A stretch of DNA of 64,000 nt, taken from IMG/VR virus record IMGVR_UViG_3300043418_000114, positions 62,001 through 126,000 of that record; one strand, written 5' to 3'. Below the pieces are notes generated by a model. That model did no database searches. It had not been told where the DNA came from and saw only the letters and a program-made list of their open reading frames with translations. The position numbers and the translations under genes are program-made. Positions 40,184-50,585 of the stretch are shown here, one piece after another (the first letter of the stretch is position 1; each line of letters begins with the position of its first letter).

Positions 40184-41106
40184 AATCGCAACTCTGGGTA
40201 GAAAAGTATCGCCCAAACTCTGTCAACGATTACGTATTCACTGACGACCGATTGAAGAAACAAGTAGAAGGTTGGATCGCCGACGGCATCATTCCTCATC
40301 TATTGTTATCTGGTGATCCAGGCACAGGTAAGACTACACTAGCCAAAGTTCTTATTCATGAACTTGGTGTAGAAGAATATGATATCATGGAGATTAACGC
40401 ATCACGTGAAAATGGTGTTGCAATCGTTAAAGACAAGATTAACACGTTCGCACAGACTATGCCGTTTGGCAAGTTCAAAGTCATTTTACTTGACGAGGCA
40501 GACTATACTTCTACTGAATTCCAGGCGGCACTTCGCAACGACATGGAAGCATATGCCAGCACAGTGCGTTTTATCTTGACTTGTAACTATGAACACAAGA
40601 TTATTCCAGCACTACGTGAGTCACGTTGCCACAAAATTCACATTGCCAAGCCAGATCGTACTGAATACACAGCACGTGCCGCAACTGTACTGGTAACTGA
40701 AGGCATCGACTTTGATTTAGATGTGTTAGATAGCTACGTTCGGGTTGCATATCCTGATTTACGTAAGTGTTTGAATCAATTGCAAGTGAATAGTAGCACT
40801 GGTAAGCTATTGCCACCACAAGCACAAGGTTCTAGTGAGCATGAATTACTTGTCGAAGCTACCCAATTGTTCAAAGCGGGCAAAATCCTTGAAGGAAGAC
40901 AGCAGTTAATGCAATATATCGCACTTTACCCTACACGAGTAGAAGACACTTACAAGTGGATGTATGACAATCTCGATTTGTGGGGCAAAGATCAAGAAAA
41001 GAAAGACGCTAGCATCCTTATCATTCGAAATGGTCTAGCACAACTGCCATTGGTTGGAATCCCTGAGATTTCAATGGCCGCAACCTTAGTGGAACTAACA
41101 TCATGA
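40180..41106 (+). CDS. Clamp loader AAA+ subunit (T4 gp44/RFC-like)
   Basis: WVEKYRP, GDPGTGKT, EINAS, LLDEAD, FILTCN, SRC. Confidence 0.93.
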   Translation: MKSQLWVEKYRPNSVNDYVFTDDRLKKQVEGWIADGIIPHLLLSGDPGTGKTTLAKVLIHELGVEEYDIMEINASRENGVAIVKDKINTFAQTMPFGKFKVILLDEADYTSTEFQAALRNDMEAYASTVRFILTCNYEHKIIPALRESRCHKIHIAKPDRTEYTARAATVLVTEGIDFDLDVLDSYVRVAYPDLRKCLNQLQVNSSTGKLLPPQAQGSSEHELLVEATQLFKAGKILEGRQQLMQYIALYPTRVEDTYKWMYDNLDLWGKDQEKKDASILIIRNGLAQLPLVGIPEISMAATLVELTS

Positions 41107-41369
41107 GATATTTACTAATTACATATTTAAGAAAACCAAACGGTCAGATTGACGAACAAGTTGCAGTGGGCAAAAAGGTCAAATCTACTGACATTCAAAT
41201 GTGCAACGTCATCATTGACTATGCAAAGAAGAAAGTTGAAAAGTGCGTTATCGAGGGAAACAGAGTCGAAACAGATTTTGAAAAGATGAACGAGTATTAC
41301 AAGCGAATCTATCCATCACTGGTAGCACAACTCGAAAAAGAAGCTGAGATTACAGCTAAAGAAAAGTAA
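41103..41369 (+). CDS. Hypothetical protein
   Basis: 88-aa ORF, ATGA overlap. Confidence 0.7.
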   Translation: MRYLLITYLRKPNGQIDEQVAVGKKVKSTDIQMCNVIIDYAKKKVEKCVIEGNRVETDFEKMNEYYKRIYPSLVAQLEKEAEITAKEK

Positions 41370-41394
41370 AAAGAGGGCTTACGCCCTCTTTTTT
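41368..41394. terminator. Bidirectional terminator
   Basis: AAAAAGAGGGC-TTAC-GCCCTCTTTTTT between convergent genes. Confidence 0.85.
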
Positions 41395-42055
41395 ATTTAA
41401 TGGATTTGCAGTTCTCGCCATGCCATCTATTATAATTTCCTTTATCTACTAGTTTTTGGCAATGCGGACATGTGATGCTAGATTTGAACATGCCTTCTCT
41501 TATTTTTGATCTTCCCTCATCAGTCCAGTGTTTACCAAACATATGATGATCTGTCCCAAACTTTTTACTTTCATCACTGCGAGTTTTTCCATACATTGGA
41601 TTGTTATGATCACTAAAGTTCGGTCGATTAGCCTTCATCTTTTCAATAGATTCAAATGAATGCTTTTTACCGAACATCCCATTTAATTCACCTTCTAATT
41701 TTTTACCGAACATCCCGTTCTTTTTCCCGAAACTAGCTTTCCTTCTTCTAGTCTCAACTGAATCATTACTAGCACCCTCGCCACCATCAGTTTTATTTCT
41801 CAAAATTCCTGTATGTAGGTCTTGTCTACCATACCATTGTATCATTCTTCTTTCGATAGCAAAGGCACCGAGTTCAGTTAAGTTTTGTTCTAGAATTACT
41901 ATTTTTGAATGGTCTTTGGGCACACTAACAGTATGTCTTTCTACTGCTCTTTTGTTTTTACCCTTGCCGATATAATATGGCGTATTGTCTGATTGTCTAA
42001 TATATGCGTAGACATAAAATCCAGCTGGTGGATTATGTTTGTTATAAATATTCAT
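41393..42055 (-). mobile_element. Free-standing GIY-YIG homing endonuclease with NUMOD3 repeats
   Basis: FYVYAY...[16 protein letters not shown], repeated NGMFGKK/NPMYGKT/HMFGKH, C-terminal CPHC. Confidence 0.85.
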
Positions 42056-42110
42056 GCTGGTGCTCCTGTAAGCATTAGAGTGAGTGGGTATTATCAGTAC
42101 CGCGACTCAC
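42056..42110 (-). promoter_or_regulatory. Structured leader of homing endonuclease with RBS-occluding hairpin
   Basis: Minus strand GTGAGT-CGC-GGTA-CTGATAA-TACC-C-ACTCAC, then TGCT-TACAGG-AGCA covering AGGAG. Confidence 0.55.
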
Positions 42111-42124
42111 CCTTATTTATCTAA

Positions 42125-42913
42125 TTAGTCATACATTTTAAGTATTGGGCCAATTAGTCTATGACGTTGAACATCTTTCAGTTCGAACGTACACACTTGT
42201 ATACCAGGAATCACCTCCTTCCCCAACCTAATTTGTAGATCCATTAGCCCGTTGTCGGCTGTTTTTCTATCGGTCTGTTCTACATCACCGCCGATAATCA
42301 TTTTACTACCGGCACCGATTCTAGTCATAATCATTTTAAGTTGACTAGGAGTTGCATTTTGCGCCTCGTCTAATACTATCCAGCTATTTTTAAAGTTTCG
42401 ACCTCGACAGAATGCTAGGGGCGCAATTTCAACTATCTGTTCTTCTAGCATGTGGGCGATTTCCGCGGCTGTGTAATACTCACGCAATACGTCTAATAAT
42501 GGTCTTGTCCAAGGTTCCATCTTTTGATTTAGGTCACCTGGCAAGAAGCCATGTTTCTCGTCATCCACGCCAACTGCTGGGCGAGTCAAGATGATGCGGT
42601 CGCATTCACCTGCTCTCATTGCTTTAATGGCGGCTTGCATTGCTAAGTAGGTCTTGCCCGTACCGGCTGGTCCGCCGACGACTACAATATCTATATTTTC
42701 ATTTAGCAGTGCTAGGATGTATTTTTCTTGATTAAGGGATTTGGGGATAAGTTGAACAGGTCGTTTATTAACCTTCAACTCTTTTTGTGCTTGTGCAAAA
42801 TCGATAGTTTTTGACTCTTTCATGTAATATGTTTGGTTGTCATGTTTTTTGCCGTGTGAGAAACGTGTGTCTTGTTGTTGGGTGCGTAATGCGCTGGTTT
42901 TTCTCTTGCTCAA
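42125..42913 (-). CDS. phoH: PhoH-like ATPase (likely TTG start at 42913)
   Basis: GPAGTGKT, LTRPAV, GFLPG, RGRNF, DEAQN, GDVEQTD; AAGGAG RBS before TTG. Confidence 0.93.
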   Translation of the reverse strand: MSKRKTSALRTQQQDTRFSHGKKHDNQTYYMKESKTIDFAQAQKELKVNKRPVQLIPKSLNQEKYILALLNENIDIVVVGGPAGTGKTYLAMQAAIKAMRAGECDRIILTRPAVGVDDEKHGFLPGDLNQKMEPWTRPLLDVLREYYTAAEIAHMLEEQIVEIAPLAFCRGRNFKNSWIVLDEAQNATPSQLKMIMTRIGAGSKMIIGGDVEQTDRKTADNGLMDLQIRLGKEVIPGIQVCTFELKDVQRHRLIGPILKMYD

Positions 42914-43090
42914 AGTAAATTCTCCTTTTTGTCGAGCTAATGAGTTCTCATAAAACTCAGTAATATTTACAGTGAGTTGATCCATGGCAAGTAGTGTACT
43001 TTATACACAATTTTCCAGACTAAATATTAAGCTGTGCCCATGCCAGTCCATCAATTTAGTGCTAATCGTTCGTAAAAGATAAATACAACT

Positions 43091-43702
43091 ATGAATAAGC
43101 ACATGACAGCCGATAATTTTTTTGACAGCGTTGATTACGTAAGTATTATCGATACCGTAAAAGGAATCTATACTAGCGACGGGTCAATGAATACCTTACT
43201 AGACTATGAACGAGTCCTAGATGAGGCAGACATATACGCATTTAAGAACTGGGACCTAGGTGAATTAGTCCAAGGACCTATTGCAAAGCGTTACTCAGTA
43301 TCTTGTATTTTCATGTGGCCATATAAATTAATGCCTGACCCACGTGCAGTTAAGCGCCTATTGAGTATTGGATGCGATGTTCAATATGCAAGTTCTTCTA
43401 TTGAAGTTCCAGTAGAAGTCGAAGACTATGACGACTTTGTGCCAGGCACGAGATATCCAAAGATGAAGAAACGCAAGATTTGGTTCGTCAATATCGTTAT
43501 TCCACGTGATTTAATGGACGATATCAAAGAAGGTTCTATCGACTTGTCAGATCAAACCATCGACTTGGAAGAAATCGATGATGCATACGATGAAGATTTA
43601 GATCAACAAGATACACAAGAAGGCCAAGGCAGTGATGGCATGGGCACCGATGGTGCAGGCCAAGAAGCGCAACCAGGTCAAGCTCCAACACCGGCGATAT
43701 AA
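43091..43702 (+). CDS. Hypothetical acidic protein
   Basis: 203-aa ORF with late box. Confidence 0.7.
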   Translation: MNKHMTADNFFDSVDYVSIIDTVKGIYTSDGSMNTLLDYERVLDEADIYAFKNWDLGELVQGPIAKRYSVSCIFMWPYKLMPDPRAVKRLLSIGCDVQYASSSIEVPVEVEDYDDFVPGTRYPKMKKRKIWFVNIVIPRDLMDDIKEGSIDLSDQTIDLEEIDDAYDEDLDQQDTQEGQGSDGMGTDGAGQEAQPGQAPTPAI

Positions 43703-43703
43703 T

Positions 43704-44252
43704 ATGACAAGAATTCTTAATGAAGGTTTAGATTATCACGATTTAGTAGGACAGTTAGAGCCTACTGTTTCAGTCGATGAATACAAAGCCAAGATGGGCA
43801 AAGATAGTGATGTTGTCACTCTAGCATTTTACATTAAAAGTGAAGCCGCCGGTGACGACTTAGTTAATTGGTTCGAGCGCGGTTATGAATATGTTTTGGA
43901 TGCCAGCATAAGTGAAGGTCCATTGGACAATGGCAAGTACTTAGTGTTTGTTGAATTGAAACGTAGAAACGCAGTTCCAGAGCGAATCATCGAAATGATC
44001 GAGGACATGGTTACGTTGACTGACTTACCATTGGTAGATTGGACAATCGTCGTTGACGGCGAAGACTATGAAGCTGAGGAAGATATTCTAAAGCAAGTGA
44101 TTACCACTAGCCCACATGAATACAGAGAAAAGTTCGAAAAAGAAGACGAAGACATTAACGAAATGCGTCAACGTGCAGGTTTAGATACAAAGAAGAATCT
44201 ACCAGAACAAGACTCAGAAATCAAATCATTTAAATCAATGGCAGGACTATAA
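43704..44252 (+). CDS. Hypothetical acidic protein (start ATG 43704, MTRILNE)
   Basis: ATG just after upstream stop; ends RQRAGL...KSMAGL. Confidence 0.7.
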   Translation: MTRILNEGLDYHDLVGQLEPTVSVDEYKAKMGKDSDVVTLAFYIKSEAAGDDLVNWFERGYEYVLDASISEGPLDNGKYLVFVELKRRNAVPERIIEMIEDMVTLTDLPLVDWTIVVDGEDYEAEEDILKQVITTSPHEYREKFEKEDEDINEMRQRAGLDTKKNLPEQDSEIKSFKSMAGL

Positions 44253-44253
44253 C

Positions 44254-44937
44254 ATGGCAACAATACTAGCAAAAAAATCAGGTCCAACTGACAATGCCAT
44301 CGCTACTGACGATGAACATCACGAAGCATTAGCCGCTGATCCTACTATTAATGCTTTCCCACAGGGTAGCACGTTTGGAGACACAAATGCATTCCCAGCA
44401 ACAACAGCGACTTTCGGTTCACCAGCAACAAGCACAACAAGCGGTTTCGGATCTACAGCATCAGGAGGAGGTTTTGGATCTCCATCGACAGGCTCAAGTT
44501 TTGGAGCACCAGCAACGAGCGGCTTTGGGTCAAGTCCAGCAGTTGGAGGCAGTTCGTTTGGGGCAAGTCCAATGGGTGCAGGACAACCAGGATCAGTGCA
44601 AGTAGTACAGAATCAAGGTGAATCACTTAAGAACACTGGCGGCGCTATGCAAGAGGGTGCAGAGAATCTAGTTAAGCTAGATAAAGATGCAACTGATTGG
44701 ATCAACAAGAAATGGCGTCCAGTCATGGGTTGGGTTTATATGTTAACATGTACATGTGACTTTGTGTTATTCCCAATCATGTGGTCATTGTTACAAGCAT
44801 TAACACACGGTAACGTTACATCACAGTGGCAACCTCTAACATTACAAGGCGCAGGATTGTACCATATTGCAATGGGTGCAGTTCTAGGTATCGCCGCATA
44901 TGGTCGAACAAAAGAAAAGGTCGCAGGAGCGGCTTGA
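44254..44937 (+). CDS. Holin-like membrane protein (GTA 3TM holin-like) with N-terminal FG-repeat region
   Basis: WRPVMGWVY and GAVLGIAAYGRTKEK hydrophobic segments; seven FG dipeptides in Ser/Thr/Gly-rich tract. Confidence 0.65.
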   Translation: MATILAKKSGPTDNAIATDDEHHEALAADPTINAFPQGSTFGDTNAFPATTATFGSPATSTTSGFGSTASGGGFGSPSTGSSFGAPATSGFGSSPAVGGSSFGASPMGAGQPGSVQVVQNQGESLKNTGGAMQEGAENLVKLDKDATDWINKKWRPVMGWVYMLTCTCDFVLFPIMWSLLQALTHGNVTSQWQPLTLQGAGLYHIAMGAVLGIAAYGRTKEKVAGAA

Positions 44938-44962
44938 CAAACGCTAAATTAGGTGTTACACT
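44934..44962 (+). promoter_or_regulatory. sigma70-like promoter, leaderless dnaJ mRNA predicted
   Basis: TTGACA-N17-TACACT with TG extension; ATG 6 nt downstream, no SD. Confidence 0.75.
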
Positions 44963-44968
44963 CACTTA

Positions 44969-45778
44969 ATGGATCATTATCAAACTCTCGGAGTGGCTAA
45001 AACAGCCACTGCCGACGAAATCAAAAAAGCATATCGCAAACTTGCAAGTCAACACCACCCAGACAAGGGTGGTGATACTGCTAAATTCCAAGAAATTCAA
45101 ACAGCATACGATACTCTTTCTGACCCAAACAAGCGTCAAGAGTATGATAATCCGCGACCACAGTTTCAAGACTTTGGTGGTGGATTCCCAGGTGGCTTTA
45201 GTTTCCATCAGGGTGGTGGATTTGAAGACTTGTTTGAAATGTTCAATAGACACAACAATCAACAACGTAGACAACAACAAGTCTTTAGAACGGCAGTTCA
45301 AGTTAGTTTGTTTCAGGCATATCATGGTGGCGAACAAGCTATTAAATTGCAGACACATACTGGAATACACGGCGTGAATATCACTGTGCCCGTTGGTGTT
45401 AATAATGGTGATCAAGTTCGCATTGATAATGTAATCGATGGAGCATCATTATTGATTGAGTTCAGAATTCAGCCAGATTTGCGTTTTGAACGCAGAGGTC
45501 ATGATTTAATTGCAACTCAACAAGTGTCAGTTCTGGACCTTATCGTTGGAGGTTCATTTGAATTTACGTCATTAGCTGGCAAAACATTCGAAGTGAATAT
45601 TAAGCCAAAAACACAACCGTATGTTCAGTTGCGTATTCCTGGTCAAGGCATGCCAATAGGGAATTCTGGAAAATTTGGTGACCAAATTATATTGATTAAG
45701 CCCTTTATCCCTGATATGATCGATGAACAAGTTATTAATAGCATTAAGCAACAACAACTTAACTCTGGAGTAAAATGA
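44969..45778 (+). CDS. dnaJ: DnaJ-class co-chaperone (J-domain, G/F region, C-terminal domain, no Zn finger)
   Basis: HYQTLGV...[18 protein letters not shown]. Confidence 0.93.
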   Translation: MDHYQTLGVAKTATADEIKKAYRKLASQHHPDKGGDTAKFQEIQTAYDTLSDPNKRQEYDNPRPQFQDFGGGFPGGFSFHQGGGFEDLFEMFNRHNNQQRRQQQVFRTAVQVSLFQAYHGGEQAIKLQTHTGIHGVNITVPVGVNNGDQVRIDNVIDGASLLIEFRIQPDLRFERRGHDLIATQQVSVLDLIVGGSFEFTSLAGKTFEVNIKPKTQPYVQLRIPGQGMPIGNSGKFGDQIILIKPFIPDMIDEQVINSIKQQQLNSGVK

Positions 45779-48039
45779 TTAATTCACCTGAAATTGAAAG
45801 CATTATCGAGAATGCGATTGAACTTGCGAAAACTCGTAAGCATCAATACTGTACCCTAGAACACTTGCTTCTAGCACTTGTCAGCCATCAACCATTCAAG
45901 AAATGTGTTGGTGGATTTGGCGCTGACGTTGACTCGTTGATTGCTGAACTGGGAACCTATCTAGATAGTCTTCACGCTATCGAAAGTAAAGACCCTGACG
46001 TTAACCCTCGCAAGACTAACGCACTTGAACGTGCCATTAATCGCAGTGTTACTCAAGTATTGTTTACTGGTCGTCGCCAAGTAACCACCATCGACTTTTA
46101 TTTGTCTATTGCCGCAGAAGGCAACAGTCACGCACATTACTTCCTGTTGAAGTATGGCATCAACAAGAATGAGTTCGTTGCTTACTGGCAAAAGAACTAT
46201 AAAGGCCAAGAGTTCACTAGCTCATTGACCGAAAATCAAGCTGATGAAATCCTTGAAGAATACACCACTAATTTGAGTCAACTTGCCAAAGCAGGCAAAC
46301 TTGAGCCTCTGATTGGTCGAAGCAAAGAATTGGATGATATCGTTAACGTTCTCGCTAAACGATTCAAAGCTAACGTGTTGATGGTTGGCGATCCTGGTGT
46401 TGGTAAGACTGCAATCGCAGAAGGTCTAGCTAACATGATTCAAGAAGGCAATGCTCCTGAGTTCCTAACTGACCACGAAGTATATTCACTTGAAGTTGGC
46501 GCATTGCTTGCTGGTAGTAAGTATCGTGGTGACTTTGAAGAAAAGGTCAAAGCTGTCCTTGATGCTCTGAACACCAAGAAGAAAGCTATCTTGTTCATTG
46601 ACGAAGCTCATACTATGAGTGGCGCAGGCTCAAGTAACAATGGTGGTCCTGACTTTGCTAACATGATCAAGCCTGCAATCACTAAGGGTACACTGAAAGT
46701 TATTGCAAGCACAACATGGGAAGAGTTCTACGAATCATTTGAGAAGGATCGTGCCTTGATGCGCCGATTCTATCGTGTTGCAATTGACGAGCCTAGTCAA
46801 GAATCTACCGTTCGCATTCTGTCTGGTTTGTCTACTCGCCTAAACGACTTCCACAAAGTCAACATCACAGAAGAAGCGATCAAGGCGGCAGTCGAAAGCT
46901 CTGCCCGATATATCCATGATCGTAAGAACCCTGATAAGTCGATTGACTTGTTAGATGCCGCATGTGCTAAACAACGTGTAGCGAACAACGAAGGTGCAAC
47001 CATCACCAAAGAATTGGTGTTTGAACAAGTTGAGAAGTTCACTGGCGTACCAGCCGATAAACTCAGTGGCGACAACTACGATATGATTAGTAACCTAGAT
47101 GTGAACGTCAAAGGCAAGTTGTATGGCCAAGATGAAACAGTTGACCAAGTTCTAGAACGTGTGTATGTTTCATTCGCTGGTATCAACAATGATACTAAGC
47201 CAACTGCAAGTTTCTTATTCTTGGGCCCAACTGGTACAGGTAAAACTGAACTAGCTAAGTTGCTGTCTAAGAATCTTGACATGCCGTTGCTCAAGTATGA
47301 TATGTCTGAATACGGTGAGAAACATTCAGTCTCTAGTTTGATTGGACCTCCTCCAGGCTATGTTGGCTTCGGCGACAGTCAAGTTGGTGGCGGTCGATTG
47401 ATTAGCGACTTGAGTAAGAACCCGCACTCAATCATGTTGTTTGACGAAGTTGAAAAAGCTCACCCTGATATTTTCAACATCTTCCTGCAAATGCTTGATG
47501 AAGGTACTATTACAGGCTCGAACGGCAAGAAGGTTAGTTGCAAAAACTCTATCATTATCTTGACTTCCAACTTGGGTAGTGCTGATGGTGAACGCAATCA
47601 GATCGGCTTCGGTAGTCAAGAAAAGACTGGCGAAGATGATAAAGCATTGAAAGACTTCTTTAAGCCAGAGTTCCGTAATCGTCTTGATCTTGTATGTAAG
47701 TTCAACAAGCTCGATGGTCTTGCAATCAAGAAAATCGTTGTTAAGTTTACCGAAGACTTAAAGAAACAGTTGCTCGATAAGCACAACATTACATTCAATC
47801 TAAGCGAAGGCGCCATTGAATATCTAGCAGAACAAGGCTATGATAAGAAGATGGGCGCACGACCACTAGCACGTAAAATTGACGAACTAGTGCGAGTTCC
47901 ACTATCGAAAAAGATTCTGTTTGAGCGTATCAAAAACGCAAACATCACCGCAGTGATGGGCACAGACGGTATCGAATTCAACGTAGTGAACACCACAACG
48001 GCACGAGTAGGCGAAGATGGCATTATTGAAGTCAATTGA
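45775..48039 (+). CDS. clpA: ATP-dependent Clp protease ATPase subunit, ClpA-like
   Basis: Clp N-domain, two AAA+ modules ([16 protein letters not shown]), IGF ClpP-docking loop, GARPL. Confidence 0.93.
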   Translation: MINSPEIESIIENAIELAKTRKHQYCTLEHLLLALVSHQPFKKCVGGFGADVDSLIAELGTYLDSLHAIESKDPDVNPRKTNALERAINRSVTQVLFTGRRQVTTIDFYLSIAAEGNSHAHYFLLKYGINKNEFVAYWQKNYKGQEFTSSLTENQADEILEEYTTNLSQLAKAGKLEPLIGRSKELDDIVNVLAKRFKANVLMVGDPGVGKTAIAEGLANMIQEGNAPEFLTDHEVYSLEVGALLAGSKYRGDFEEKVKAVLDALNTKKKAILFIDEAHTMSGAGSSNNGGPDFANMIKPAITKGTLKVIASTTWEEFYESFEKDRALMRRFYRVAIDEPSQESTVRILSGLSTRLNDFHKVNITEEAIKAAVESSARYIHDRKNPDKSIDLLDAACAKQRVANNEGATITKELVFEQVEKFTGVPADKLSGDNYDMISNLDVNVKGKLYGQDETVDQVLERVYVSFAGINNDTKPTASFLFLGPTGTGKTELAKLLSKNLDMPLLKYDMSEYGEKHSVSSLIGPPPGYVGFGDSQVGGGRLISDLSKNPHSIMLFDEVEKAHPDIFNIFLQMLDEGTITGSNGKKVSCKNSIIILTSNLGSADGERNQIGFGSQEKTGEDDKALKDFFKPEFRNRLDLVCKFNKLDGLAIKKIVVKFTEDLKKQLLDKHNITFNLSEGAIEYLAEQGYDKKMGARPLARKIDELVRVPLSKKILFERIKNANITAVMGTDGIEFNVVNTTTARVGEDGIIEVN

Positions 48040-48739
48040 TAACGTACCAGGAATTGATTACTACGATTACCGCGACCAAGATTACTACGGTAAATATGTA
48101 TACAGGGTGAGAGTAAAACTCCCCTGTGTCAGGTATACGTGGTCAGTTAAAACTCCTGAAGAACTTGATGATAAATTAAAATCCAAAAAGAATACGTACG
48201 GTTCAGTTCGAAAGCATGATAGAATAGCGTTTACCGATAATTTGCCAGCACTTAAAGAGTTTGTTACCTATCGCAACAAACTCAAAGAGAGTAAACTAGG
48301 AATGATTCGTATCGAATCTGATACAGTAGCAATTTTCAGCAATGATCTGGCACTACTTAAAGAAATTGAACAAATCGATCCTAGTCTTAGCTACGATTAC
48401 ACGGAGTGCCAGAAGTCTGACTACGCTGGAATTAAACAGTTTGTGAATGAGCCTAAACATAAGTTTAGAATCTATCTCAAATCTAAGCGTATTTCCGATA
48501 CTTTTCCAACCGAGTTGAGAGAGTTATTGGAGAGAATGACTACACTGCATCCTAGTAATTCACTAGACATATGGCTGAAAGATGCCCATCAGTCACGAGG
48601 ACATTGGAAGTATCGATATTCTAGTCCCAGTCATTTTATTGACTATGACGACGAAAGTACTCTAAGCTATCTAATGTTGCTTCACGGCGGAATATTCGGT
48701 AAACGATATAAGTTAGAAAAGCGACCAGATAACGTTTGA
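48017..48739 (+). CDS. Hypothetical protein
   Basis: 240-aa ORF. Confidence 0.7.
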   Translation: MALLKSIDNVPGIDYYDYRDQDYYGKYVYRVRVKLPCVRYTWSVKTPEELDDKLKSKKNTYGSVRKHDRIAFTDNLPALKEFVTYRNKLKESKLGMIRIESDTVAIFSNDLALLKEIEQIDPSLSYDYTECQKSDYAGIKQFVNEPKHKFRIYLKSKRISDTFPTELRELLERMTTLHPSNSLDIWLKDAHQSRGHWKYRYSSPSHFIDYDDESTLSYLMLLHGGIFGKRYKLEKRPDNV

Positions 48740-48775
48740 CTGTGATAAATACTCTATTATAATGGAGTATTTACC

Positions 48776-48943
48776 ATGGCAAAGATTGTCGAAACCGTAT
48801 TTGTAGTTAAACTAAGTCAATTAGTAAGAGATAACCCGATAGAATGTGATTCTACTGGGTTTGATGACCTTCCAAAGACGATTGAAGAAGTAGTACAGCA
48901 ACTAGTAGCTAGTGACGTTTTAGTTGAAGTGGAACGTGCATAA
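48776..48943 (+). CDS. Small hypothetical protein (55 aa; below ORF-track cutoff)
   Basis: MAKIVETVFVVKLSQLVR...VEVERA; late box, GGAG RBS, stop overlaps next ATG. Confidence 0.75.
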   Translation: MAKIVETVFVVKLSQLVRDNPIECDSTGFDDLPKTIEEVVQQLVASDVLVEVERA

Positions 48944-49332
48944 TGAGCCAATCAACTACACTAATTCTGTTGCCTCAAACATCATTTGTTAATCCAGGCA
49001 ACGGCACACCATACACAGTCGTAGGCAATAGTCAGCCTGCGGCAGCCTATTATTTGGGCAACAAAGACCTACAAACGGTAAATATCAGTTGCCAAGAAGT
49101 GACAGGCAACATTATAATCGAAGCTAGCCTAGCATCACAACCAAACTTAGATTCAGATTGGTTCAACGTTTATACGTTTGAAGCTAACGCTAATGCTACG
49201 CCTAATAGTGTACCACAACTCAATAGCAATGCCGCGGTGTATACAAACGTCGATGGTAACTTTGTCTATATGAGAGCAAAGATTGAAGACTTTGCTGGTG
49301 GTGTTGTTAACTTTGTTAAATTGAGTTATTAA
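48943..49332 (+). CDS. Hypothetical beta-rich (likely virion) protein
   Basis: 129-aa ORF in late operon. Confidence 0.6.
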   Translation: MSQSTTLILLPQTSFVNPGNGTPYTVVGNSQPAAAYYLGNKDLQTVNISCQEVTGNIIIEASLASQPNLDSDWFNVYTFEANANATPNSVPQLNSNAAVYTNVDGNFVYMRAKIEDFAGGVVNFVKLSY

Positions 49333-49333
49333 A

Positions 49334-50536
49334 ATGTCTACTATCGTCATTATGCCAGGTGGCTTTCATCCGTTTCATGCAGGTCATAAAAACTTGCATG
49401 AATCTGCAACGGCAGCCTTCCCTGATGCAAGTATCTATATTGCCGCAACTGACGACACAAAGACTCGACCATTCCCATTTGCAGTCAAGGAGAAATTAGC
49501 CAAAGTATCTGGCATTCCTTCTGGCCAATTCGTTCAAGTAAAGAGTCCCTTTCAGCCACGTGAAATCACAAGTCAATTCGATCCTAATGCGGATGTGTTG
49601 ATCTTTGTCCGTAGTGAGAAAGATAAAAACGAAAGCCCTACTCCGGGTGGTACCAAGAAAGATGGAAGTCCTAACTACTTTCAGCCTTATACAAAAGGTC
49701 AACTACAACCTTTTGCTAAACACGCATACATGGCATATCTACCTACTGTAGAGTTTGGCCCTGGCCTAACAAGTGCAACAGAAATTCGTGATGCATGGGC
49801 TACATTAGATGAAAGACGCAAAACAGCGTTAGTCATGAGTTTGTACCCAGCTACTCAAAAGAACAAACGATTGGCTGATGTAGTTGTTAAACTACTAAAC
49901 TCCGCACTTGGAGGCACTACTCAAATGAACGAAGAACAAAGCATGATACAAGTGCCTAACAACATCGCAAATACTGTTGCTGAATTACTCAATCACAAGA
50001 AACCAGACCTGTTCACTAGATATGGCCCTGAATACGTAATGAATATTGTTCAGGATGTATGTGCAGATGCACCTACTAAGTCAATTCATGAATTGGCAAT
50101 CGAGACACTACTGCGCCTAAAGGCAAAGGTTAAAAAGAAAGCCAAGTCATTGAGTGAAAACATGGTGATTGGATGCTGTCCTAACGAAAGTCAGGGATTG
50201 CCTATGCCAGGTACTTACGAACAGGAATATGACATGTACAAAACACATGGTCCTAAGCGTATTACCGCACTCACCACCGAAGATTCTGATGCAGGTGATA
50301 GGGAAGTACAGGCGATGCTAAGATTCGCTCAACAGCATTATCCTGAAGCGTCCAAGCAGGAAGCATTCATGAAGTTCGTACTACATGCATTAAAGCATTC
50401 CGAACAAGATGATAATCGTCAAGATCAGGCGATCCAGTCATTGGATCATGACGTTGACCAAATTGAGCATGAAGTTGATAGTCTAGAACATAAGCCTAAT
50501 ATTGCCGAAAATAGGGATTATCTCGAAGAAAAATAA
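49334..50536 (+). CDS. Cytidylyltransferase-like (HxGH) nucleotidyltransferase with appended C-terminal modules
   Basis: MPGGFHPFHAGH, SATEIR; junctions MNEE, LSEN, TTED, IAEN. Confidence 0.75.
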   Translation: MSTIVIMPGGFHPFHAGHKNLHESATAAFPDASIYIAATDDTKTRPFPFAVKEKLAKVSGIPSGQFVQVKSPFQPREITSQFDPNADVLIFVRSEKDKNESPTPGGTKKDGSPNYFQPYTKGQLQPFAKHAYMAYLPTVEFGPGLTSATEIRDAWATLDERRKTALVMSLYPATQKNKRLADVVVKLLNSALGGTTQMNEEQSMIQVPNNIANTVAELLNHKKPDLFTRYGPEYVMNIVQDVCADAPTKSIHELAIETLLRLKAKVKKKAKSLSENMVIGCCPNESQGLPMPGTYEQEYDMYKTHGPKRITALTTEDSDAGDREVQAMLRFAQQHYPEASKQEAFMKFVLHALKHSEQDDNRQDQAIQSLDHDVDQIEHEVDSLEHKPNIAENRDYLEEK

Positions 50537-50585
50537 TTCGAGCACCTCTTTAAAGAGTAAATATTTTCATCTTTAAGAGGACCTT

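Noticed and set aside
41393-42055. Group I intron hosting the endonuclease
   Set aside because: Flanking genes are intact with their own stops, and no intron core elements are evident; the gene is free-standing.
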